This document shows positions 47,020-54,041 of a stretch of 54,041 bases of DNA, piece after piece. The stretch's first letter is position 1. Each line of letters starts with the position of its first letter. The position numbers and the translations under genes are program-made. A model generated the notes under the pieces. That model was not told where the DNA came from. It saw only the letters and a list, made by a program, of their open reading frames with translations, and ran no database searches. The DNA is from a virus (taxonomy: Duplodnaviria; Caudoviricetes), in IMG/VR virus record IMGVR_UViG_3300005914_000010, positions 1 to 54,041 of that record, one strand, 5' to 3'.

Positions 47020-47532
47020 ATGAAAGCCATAATTAGAAATAACAGAGTAGTGGATAGGGTGCAGAATAGTAGCACACATGCGAATGCGTTACCTATAAAT
47101 ATAAACTGGTCAATACCCGTACCTAGAATAATGTACCATGCCACAAACTACGTACATGAGATACTTGACTACGAAGTAAATGAAACGCGCAAAGTGGAAC
47201 CCTACCCTGTAGAACACTGCAAAGATGTAATCAAAGAAGAACTGAGAGTACAAAGAGTCGTAGGCCTAAACGCTGGATTTGAATACGATGGTGACGAGTT
47301 TCACTCTGATAGTGACAGCTTAACAATGATTAAATTGTTACCTGATTCAGTACCTGCCTTTAAGCATAAGAATGGTTGGGTACCTCTACCAGATACTACC
47401 GATATTAAGTTAGCAGTGGATGACCATGTGCAAGGTTGGTACGGTTGGGAAGTAACTAAATCCATGGAAGTAAATGCGTTAACAACATTTGACGAACTAG
47501 TAGAGTACTATAATGTTCTCACTGAGCAATAA
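47020..47532 (+). CDS. tail fibre assembly protein (DUF4376-like)
   Basis: GFEYDG..FHSD..S motif; follows the fibre gene. Confidence 0.6.
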   Translation: MKAIIRNNRVVDRVQNSSTHANALPININWSIPVPRIMYHATNYVHEILDYEVNETRKVEPYPVEHCKDVIKEELRVQRVVGLNAGFEYDGDEFHSDSDSLTMIKLLPDSVPAFKHKNGWVPLPDTTDIKLAVDDHVQGWYGWEVTKSMEVNALTTFDELVEYYNVLTEQ

Positions 47533-47929
47533 CTCTCAGAAGAATAGAGAAGGTGTTGACCCTAAGTTAATTGAAATTAGTGAATTAGCTATAACTCTGA
47601 CTCTTGTTGACTTTGGTCATGGCTTGGACTCTGGTAAGCGGATTGCTAGCCAGCAATTTGGTTTATATAGATTGAATAAGAGTCTGTGCGATGGTTACAA
47701 GATAATTAGTAATCATCAAACAGGGAAAGCATTAGATTTCTACGCCTACGTAGACGGCAAAGCCTCTTGGGACGAGCATCATTTAGCTATGGTAGCTTGT
47801 GCGTTCTTCCAAGCAGCTGCTATACTAGGTTACAAAATAAGATGGGGTGGATTGTGGAAAGCAGGAAACCCTGAGAAGAAAAATGGTATTCCATATGGAT
47901 GGGATTGCCCACACATTGAATTGATATAG
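47513..47929 (+). CDS. endolysin, M15-family peptidase
   Basis: SNH..G.ALD, IRWGG.W, WDCPHIEL. Confidence 0.9.
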   Translation: MFSLSNNSQKNREGVDPKLIEISELAITLTLVDFGHGLDSGKRIASQQFGLYRLNKSLCDGYKIISNHQTGKALDFYAYVDGKASWDEHHLAMVACAFFQAAAILGYKIRWGGLWKAGNPEKKNGIPYGWDCPHIELI

Positions 47930-47937
47930 GAACAGAT

Positions 47938-48201
47938 ATGAAACTTAAAAGAATTTTACTTGTCGTGTTAGCCACTACAATGATGAGCAGCTGCTCTGCC
48001 TTAGTTAGCTATGCTAGCGAAGCCTTAAAAGAAATGCAAGATACAAATAGATATGAAGAAATTCGTGACTCTGTTTCAGTATTATGCGAAACCAAGAACT
48101 ACGGTATGTTCGTAGACAGATTTGGTAAAGAGACAGTTGACAAATGGATGACTGAAACTTGCAGTCCCGTAACAAGAACAACTGAAGATCCGGTGTTATA
48201 A
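47938..48201 (+). CDS. lipoprotein (possible spanin-like lysis protein)
   Basis: basic/hydrophobic signal with lipobox-like MSSC; adjacent to the endolysin. Confidence 0.65.
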   Translation: MKLKRILLVVLATTMMSSCSALVSYASEALKEMQDTNRYEEIRDSVSVLCETKNYGMFVDRFGKETVDKWMTETCSPVTRTTEDPVL

Positions 48202-48202
48202 T

Positions 48203-48604
48203 ATGGAACTTCAAAGACTCTTAAAAGCACAAGAGTTGGCTATTAAGGGCGTGTTATACGCTCCTAAAAGTTTCCTCTTGGCAACAGAACAGCAGCTGAT
48301 AAACATGTGCAACGGATGTGGGGCAGCTGATTCTTCATTCAGACCACCCAAGAGAGTATACGGGACTCTAATAGTGTATGCCTGTATTATCCACGACTGG
48401 ATGTATGGTGTAGGATGCACGACGGAGGACAAAGTAGAAGCTGATGAAGTATTCCATGATAATATGGGTATACTGATCGAACGTGATAGTGTAAAATGGT
48501 ACAAACCAACAGCACTACAACATCGCAGAGCACTTAAATATTACTTAGGTGTGAAATACGGTGGAAGCGCAGCCTTTTGGGCCGGAAAACATAGACCAAT
48601 CTAA
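48203..48604 (+). CDS. phospholipase A2-like/DUF1353-like protein
   Basis: CNGCG ... ACIIHDWMY ... ADEVF..N pattern. Confidence 0.6.
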   Translation: MELQRLLKAQELAIKGVLYAPKSFLLATEQQLINMCNGCGAADSSFRPPKRVYGTLIVYACIIHDWMYGVGCTTEDKVEADEVFHDNMGILIERDSVKWYKPTALQHRRALKYYLGVKYGGSAAFWAGKHRPI

Positions 48605-48615
48605 ATGAGACGAAT

Positions 48616-48963
48616 ATGAATTTATCAAAATGGAAAGACGACTTTTGTCTTAGAGTAAGATTAAATAAGATTTACATATGCCCTGCTGCTATTAGATTTA
48701 TTAACAACCCCATGTCTGCTGGAAGTAAAAAGAAATATGTTAGAGGTGTATGCTCCTTTCTAAGGGCACAAGGTCTACCAAAAGAGCTTGAGAAATTTGA
48801 GCATTTGTTTGTAGAAAAGATGACTGAAGTAGTTGTAGAAGTAACTCCTGAAGTAACTCCTGAAGTAACTCCTGAAGTAACTCCTGAAGTAATTCCTGAA
48901 GTAACTCCTGAAGTAACTCCTGAAGTAACTGAAGAAAAGACTACCGAAGACGAAGAAGATTAA
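48616..48963 (+). CDS. hypothetical protein with EVTP repeat tail
   Basis: ORF track; tandem repeat. Confidence 0.7.
   Translation: MNLSKWKDDFCLRVRLNKIYICPAAIRFINNPMSAGSKKKYVRGVCSFLRAQGLPKELEKFEHLFVEKMTEVVVEVTPEVTPEVTPEVTPEVIPEVTPEVTPEVTEEKTTEDEED
48838..48930 (+). repeat. 12-bp tandem repeat GAAGTAACTCCT x7.75
   Basis: counted directly; one copy has a C>T change. Confidence 0.95.
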
Positions 48964-48965
48964 TC

Positions 48966-49298
48966 ATGTTTAAAATGGATACTCATACTAAGCAGATATT
49001 TCTATCTGGTATTTTCGTATATGTGACCACAGTATCAGGATTGGTGTTCAACTATAGTGTAATGCAAGAAAATCATAGTGTGCGAATAGATAAACTAGAA
49101 ATAGCCTCCATTCAATCAGGCGTCCTACTAAAGAGTTTAGCAGCAGACATGGGGCAACTACGGACAAAGAGTGCCTCAGTCGAAGTAATGCTGGACACTC
49201 TGAACAAATCCGTGGTACAATTAAGCAAAACAACTATAGAGTTGGGGAAGATAGCTGCAAGGCTAGATGAACGCTCTAGAAATAACAAAGCTGTTTAG
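48966..49298 (+). CDS. single-TM coiled-coil membrane protein (holin/spanin candidate)
   Basis: N-terminal hydrophobic segment followed by a coiled coil. Confidence 0.55.
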   Translation: MFKMDTHTKQIFLSGIFVYVTTVSGLVFNYSVMQENHSVRIDKLEIASIQSGVLLKSLAADMGQLRTKSASVEVMLDTLNKSVVQLSKTTIELGKIAARLDERSRNNKAV

Positions 49299-49314
49299 AC
49301 AGTTAGGAGTACAA

Positions 49315-49512
49315 ATGAATTTAAAAACACATAGTGTCTACTCAGAAGTCACAATCGATGAACATAATATATTTACTATAAAATTACTTAACGGTGGCGG
49401 TGTGGTAAAGTTCGAAGATATGGGCGCGGGTAAAGATAGAGCAGATGCAAGAAAGCGTATTGCTGCAATTATAGAGAAAGAAGAACCCAAATACGTTAAG
49501 GGGAAAGTGTAA
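49315..49512 (+). CDS. hypothetical protein
   Basis: AGGAG SD before ATG 49315. Confidence 0.65.
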   Translation: MNLKTHSVYSEVTIDEHNIFTIKLLNGGGVVKFEDMGAGKDRADARKRIAAIIEKEEPKYVKGKV

Positions 49513-49922
49513 TGGCACTAGAATTCGCAGACACATTAGCAAACGCAAGGGCTGATAGTATAACAAGTGCTAGAGACGATGCTACAGGCGCAGGCAAGAT
49601 ACGTGTGTATAGTGGAGTACGGCCTTCAAAGGGAGGAGCTGCTACAACACTGTTAGCAGAATTACTATTTTCAACGACTTCAGCCCCAGCTGCATCTGTA
49701 GGCGTGCTCACAGCTAGCTCTATAACAGGTGATCCGAGCGCAGACGCATCAGGCGAAGCTACTTGGTTCCGTGAAGTAGACGGTGACAATGTATTCATTA
49801 TGGATGGCGGCGTGGGTTTAGCAGCCTCCTCCACTGTAGATTTAGTACTAAACGATGTAAACATAGTAACAGGTCAACCAGTGAGCATAACTTCATATGT
49901 GAATACTGAAGGCAACCTTTAA
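49512..49922 (+). CDS. virion structural protein (fibre/appendage adaptor-like)
   Basis: IRVYSG.RP..LLAE..ASG.ATWFR pattern. Confidence 0.65.
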   Translation: MALEFADTLANARADSITSARDDATGAGKIRVYSGVRPSKGGAATTLLAELLFSTTSAPAASVGVLTASSITGDPSADASGEATWFREVDGDNVFIMDGGVGLAASSTVDLVLNDVNIVTGQPVSITSYVNTEGNL

Positions 49923-49967
49923 ATAAGTATCGCCTAGCAATAGGCGGTAAACAAAAACGGAGTTAAT

Positions 49968-50603
49968 ATGTCATTTACAAATTTTCTATTAACAGCTAAT
50001 GCGAACAACGAAACTGCATTATTAGAAGCTCGTAACTATTTTCAACTAGGACGAATCAATAAAAATGACTTGGCAAACCACGATGCCACATTTGATGTTG
50101 AAACAATCATGGACGCAACATTAGCGCTTGAAATTACAGCAGAATTAAGAAAAACAGTTCGAGTATTCCGCAAAATAATCAACGGTTTGTTAGATGACCC
50201 TAGTGTTGGCGATCCTGTTACTCAAGCTGCGTTGACTGGTCTTGTTGCTGTTGATGACGAGGTATGTGGATACACTCAGACAATGCGAGACCATTTAGAG
50301 GGGTTGAGTAAAACGTATCCATGGGCTAATAAAACGCTACAGGATGTAATGATTATTCGTAACAATGTACCACAAACAACAGTTGAAGAAAGCGAAAACT
50401 TCGTGACAATAAACGTCATGTCGGATTGCGAGTTGCACAATCCACGATTAATGGCAACTAACCCTCGCACTAATAAAACTGTAAGAATTAATAATTTCAG
50501 AGGGGTAGAAAAAGCTGGCTTATATGATTGTGTAGTGCCTAGAGAAAATCGTGATTGGGTTTTATCAGTAGATGATTTCTACGGTGTGATTGAGGCAGTT
50601 TAA
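49968..50603 (+). CDS. hypothetical protein
   Basis: GGAG SD; preceded by hairpin ATCGCCTA-GCAA-TAGGCGGT (49929-49948). Confidence 0.75.
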   Translation: MSFTNFLLTANANNETALLEARNYFQLGRINKNDLANHDATFDVETIMDATLALEITAELRKTVRVFRKIINGLLDDPSVGDPVTQAALTGLVAVDDEVCGYTQTMRDHLEGLSKTYPWANKTLQDVMIIRNNVPQTTVEESENFVTINVMSDCELHNPRLMATNPRTNKTVRINNFRGVEKAGLYDCVVPRENRDWVLSVDDFYGVIEAV

Positions 50604-50605
50604 AG

Positions 50606-53026
50606 ATGGATTACTCCTTATTTTTTGACGGGTCCGGGTCCCTCGGTATTTCGGGGGTTAAATTACATACCAAGAGTTTTCTTACCAATTTCGAGTACGA
50701 ACTAACCGCTTTCTTTGGAAATACTGGTTATGATAAATTAACTATTGTAGGTAAAAACTTTAGTAGTAATGGTTTCATAAGCCTAACTCCCACAGCTTGC
50801 GCTATAAAACATGGTAACAAACTCGGCACCATTGTTACCATTCCTATTACCCTTAGTTTTAATGACACTACACAAGTCATTAAAATAACTAGAAACGGTA
50901 GCAACTATACAGTTCTCAGTGATGGCGTTTCAATCGGTTCTAAAACAGCCTCACCATCGAATAATGAAAATTTACTAGACCGTATAGGTTCATCTGGATT
51001 TTCAGACAACAGCGACGGCAACAGAATACAAAGACTGATATACCGCGAGGGTTCACCATTAGTAGATGTCCACGACTGGGATGCTAGTTCTAGTGGCGGT
51101 ACGGGTACTACGATTACCGACTCAATTGGTGGCAATACCGCAACTCAGATAGGTACATGGCCAGCAGATGATAGCGAGTGGTATTTAGAAGGAGGGGCAG
51201 CCGTTCCTGTCGGAGTCCCGTCAATCGGTACGATCACAAAAACCGAGACAACCGCTTCAATCCCTTGGACTTACACAGATGGCGACGAAACCGGTTTTGA
51301 ATATCGACTAGATGCAGGGACTATTATAGATGCAGGGACAAGCCCATTATCATTAACAGGGCTGACAGCCAGCACTTCGTACGATGTTGAAATTAGGGCG
51401 TATAACGCAACTGGTGATGGTAGTTGGTCGAGTGTTACAGCGTTTACTACTGAAGATGCGGCAGTGGTTACAGAGGGTAACTTAGCAGTACAAATGGTAA
51501 GTAATACGGTATCTGCGATTGGTATAATAGGCCAAGCCGTGACAGGTCAACTGGATAAGTCATTAGATATAAATGAGCTTAACTCAGACGGTATAATAGG
51601 CCAGTCTATATTAGGGGGCCTAGACGGGTTACTTGAATCAGATAACTTATTTTCTCAAGGGGAAATAGGTCAAGCGATATCGGGATCTCTCAGTGAGTTA
51701 CTAAACAGCAGCTCTTTAACATCAGTGGGTGTTATAGGAAGTGATATAGTAGGTGTGCTAAGTGGGCAGATAAGTAATAGTACCCTTATAGCAGGGGGTT
51801 CCATTGGACAAGCTATAGTAGGGGCACTAAGTAGACAACTTGATATCAATATATCAAATATAGATGGAACCGTAGGGTCGGCAATACTGGGTTCTATGAA
51901 TGTAGAATTCGATGACACTATATTGATATCTGACGGTACTATTGGTCAGGCTATAGCAGGCTCTATAAGTGAATTATTAGAAGACAATACATCTTCTATA
52001 TCAGGAGTTGTAGGTCAAGCTATTACTGGAGCATTGAACAAACTATTAGATAATAGTACTCTTACTTCGAGTGGAATTATAGGCCAAGCCATAACAGGTG
52101 CTCTAAATGAATTACTAACAAGTAACAAATTAACGGCAAGTGGTGTTATAGGTCAAGCAATAGTAGGCTCGTTGAGTGAGCTACTAGAAGATAATAATCC
52201 ATCCATAGCTGGGGTTGTAGGTGAAGCTATAGTTGCAACACTAAATGCCCAACTAGATGGTGATACTATAGATGCCAATGGTGTCATAGGGCAAGCAATA
52301 CTAGGAGCGTTAAGTGAACAACTAGACGTAAATACACTTAGCTCAACTGGTGTAGTAGGCAACGCCATTGCAGGCTCTTTAAGCATACAATTAGATGATA
52401 CTATATTGTTAGCTGACGGTATAATAGGCCAAGCAATAAATGCTACCTTGAATGCAAACAACGCTGATAATAAATCTACTATAATTGGGACTATTGGACA
52501 AGCAATATTAGGAGCATTAAGTGAACAACTCGATGTAGATATACTTAGTGCCACTGGTACTATAGGTAGTGACATTGCTGGTTCACTTAGTATTAAATTA
52601 GATAACAACATATTATTAGCGAATGGAGTGATAGGTCAAGCAATAATTGCTACTCTAAATACTACAAATGCTGATAATACATCTGTTATAATTGGGACTA
52701 TTGGGCAAGCTATTGCAGGTACTTTGGAAATAGATGCAGAAGATGTTAACCTAGAAGCACTTGGTGTTACAGGAATAATATCTGGAAGTGTCAATATCCA
52801 GCTAGAAGATGGTACATTATTATCCGCTGGCTTCTTAGGCTTGATAACTGTAGGCTGTAATGATATATCAATAAGTTTCGAATTTGTAAACCCTGATATA
52901 AATATTGACGCTGGGCAACTAATAAGTTTCGAATTTGTAAACCCTGATATAAATATTGACGCTGGGCAACTAATAAGCAACAAAGAAGAAGCAGACATAA
53001 ATATAGGAGATGTACTATGCGTTTAA
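50606..53026 (+). CDS. virion appendage protein: lectin/LamG-like domain, FN3 domain, 23-aa repeat stalk
   Basis: FN3 signature W..Y..LTGL..T.Y.VEIRA.N..G.GSWS; ~18 GxIGQAIxG repeats. Confidence 0.75.
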   Translation: MDYSLFFDGSGSLGISGVKLHTKSFLTNFEYELTAFFGNTGYDKLTIVGKNFSSNGFISLTPTACAIKHGNKLGTIVTIPITLSFNDTTQVIKITRNGSNYTVLSDGVSIGSKTASPSNNENLLDRIGSSGFSDNSDGNRIQRLIYREGSPLVDVHDWDASSSGGTGTTITDSIGGNTATQIGTWPADDSEWYLEGGAAVPVGVPSIGTITKTETTASIPWTYTDGDETGFEYRLDAGTIIDAGTSPLSLTGLTASTSYDVEIRAYNATGDGSWSSVTAFTTEDAAVVTEGNLAVQMVSNTVSAIGIIGQAVTGQLDKSLDINELNSDGIIGQSILGGLDGLLESDNLFSQGEIGQAISGSLSELLNSSSLTSVGVIGSDIVGVLSGQISNSTLIAGGSIGQAIVGALSRQLDINISNIDGTVGSAILGSMNVEFDDTILISDGTIGQAIAGSISELLEDNTSSISGVVGQAITGALNKLLDNSTLTSSGIIGQAITGALNELLTSNKLTASGVIGQAIVGSLSELLEDNNPSIAGVVGEAIVATLNAQLDGDTIDANGVIGQAILGALSEQLDVNTLSSTGVVGNAIAGSLSIQLDDTILLADGIIGQAINATLNANNADNKSTIIGTIGQAILGALSEQLDVDILSATGTIGSDIAGSLSIKLDNNILLANGVIGQAIIATLNTTNADNTSVIIGTIGQAIAGTLEIDAEDVNLEALGVTGIISGSVNIQLEDGTLLSAGFLGLITVGCNDISISFEFVNPDINIDAGQLISFEFVNPDINIDAGQLISNKEEADINIGDVLCV
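51521..52760 (+). repeat. ~18 degenerate 69-bp (23-aa) coding repeats
   Basis: G[IVT][IV]GQAIxGxL recurs every 23 residues. Confidence 0.85.
52870..52977 (+). repeat. exact 51-bp tandem duplication
   Basis: 52870-52920 equals 52921-52971 (ISFEFVNPDINIDAGQL x2). Confidence 0.95.
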
Positions 53027-53328
53027 GAGAATATGGTAACTTCTTAAGAGTGAACTTGAGTGAAGCAATAATCTTAGCTGACACTACAATGGAACTATAT
53101 TCCCCAAAAGGGGATGTAATGGTAATAGGTATCGCTGATGGTCTTTCGATAGGGCAAGTAGATATAGAGATAGACTCAACTAGCACTTTCAATTCTGGGG
53201 AATACCTAGAATATGAAATACCTGAAGGTAAGTTTACAGTACCAGGTGGATGGTATCTAAAAGTTATAATAAAGGATACTGAAAGCTTAAGGTCATCCGG
53301 TGCATTAGCATTTTCGATAATAGGGTAA
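53017..53328 (+). CDS. hypothetical structural (Ig/BppU-like) protein
   Basis: AGGAG SD; Y....G.F..PG.W pattern. Confidence 0.6.
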   Translation: MRLREYGNFLRVNLSEAIILADTTMELYSPKGDVMVIGIADGLSIGQVDIEIDSTSTFNSGEYLEYEIPEGKFTVPGGWYLKVIIKDTESLRSSGALAFSIIG

Positions 53329-53329
53329 T

Positions 53330-53668
53330 ATGAATACTTTTCATAAATATAACGCCTTTGTTACGAGAGTAGTAGATGGGGACACCATAGATGCTACTGT
53401 AGACTTAGGCTTCAAAATAAAGATGGATGTAAGATTCCGAATGATAGGTTACGATGCACCTGAAACTTACAGGCCTACCAGCCCAGAAGAGAAAGAAGCA
53501 GGTCTACTAGCTACAGCTGCCCTAAAGACTATGATTGAACACAAAGAAGTAATCATACAATCTGATAAGTTTGGTAAATACAGATACTTAGGCACTGTCT
53601 TCAGCTTAGACAACCTTGAGTTATCTGTGAACGACAAAATGATTAGACTTGGGCACGTAAAGCCGTAA
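53330..53668 (+). CDS. thermonuclease (SNase) family nuclease
   Basis: VVDGDTID, R..GYDAPE, DKFGKYRYL motifs. Confidence 0.9.
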   Translation: MNTFHKYNAFVTRVVDGDTIDATVDLGFKIKMDVRFRMIGYDAPETYRPTSPEEKEAGLLATAALKTMIEHKEVIIQSDKFGKYRYLGTVFSLDNLELSVNDKMIRLGHVKP

Positions 53669-53926
53669 CAGAGTACACCACTCTCCCACTTTTTGAGGTC
53701 GCGCATACAATGGCTTGGCTTTCATATAGTGACAGAGAGTGGGCCGCTGTAGCCCATACAAGGCAAGGGCTGCGAGACGCCCAGAGCTGACCTCTATGGG
53801 CCACTTTTTAATGCATTACGATGGTCTAAAATGTGTTAAAAAGTGTGTCATTTGGACACTGATGTTGCAGTATCACATCAAAAATAACAGAAACTGAAAT
53901 AAATACTTCAAAACTTAGGAAATTCG

Positions 53927-54041
53927 ATGCAAATGGAAATAAGTATTAAACCTAATATTTACACCTTAAGATTATTCTACGAAGGTACTTATGAAAATAG
54001 AGACAAAATAGGATTCATTTGTACTTTAATAACATTAGATA
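53927..54041 (+). CDS. partial ORF running off the window end
   Basis: AGGA SD plus ATG; 38 codons with no stop. Confidence 0.45.
   Translation, partial: MQMEISIKPNIYTLRLFYEGTYENRDKIGFICTLITLD

Noticed and set aside
170-53706. All minus-strand ORFs and nested alternative-frame + ORFs in the track
   Set aside because: They are shadows of well-supported + strand genes or lie over structured non-coding DNA (e.g. 4157-4402), with no recognisable motifs
1-54041. Stop-codon reassignment
   Set aside because: Conserved genes are full length in the standard code, and TAG, TGA and TAA all terminate genes
1-54041. Prophage or temperate lifestyle
   Set aside because: No integrase, repressor, att-like site or flanking host genes recognised

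Overview
The window looks like an essentially complete ~54 kb lytic myovirus genome, with every credible gene on the + strand. It combines a short T7-type single-subunit RNA polymerase, T7-like replication genes and a contractile-tail structural module, which matches the Chaseviridae (phiEcoM-GJ1-like) layout. That assignment is by gene content and motifs only; no database search was run. Gene order: early genes and RNAP; a ~1 kb non-coding region; small early genes; primase-helicase, DNA polymerase A, SSB-like protein, nucleotidyltransferase, exonuclease, HD hydrolase, ligase, dNMP kinase, nrdB/nrdA; a terminase split by a group I intron with its homing endonuclease; head, tail, baseplate, fibre and lysis genes; a repeat-rich virion protein; and a thermonuclease. 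The most unusual signals are: (1) about nine copies of a 20-bp motif (wwAGTATGTCATrGGGTwAC) clustered just downstream of the RNAP gene and interleaved with folded units, preceded by a ~400-nt highly structured segment; (2) a ~250-nt tRNA/tmRNA-like RNA with a T-arm, a pseudoknot and an encoded ACCA end, plus a second tRNA-like element with the same acceptor sequence and a phage CCA/poly(A)-type nucleotidyltransferase; (3) a lambda-exonuclease/YqaJ nuclease domain embedded in the tape-measure-position protein. All RNA folds were read by eye and need computational confirmation.
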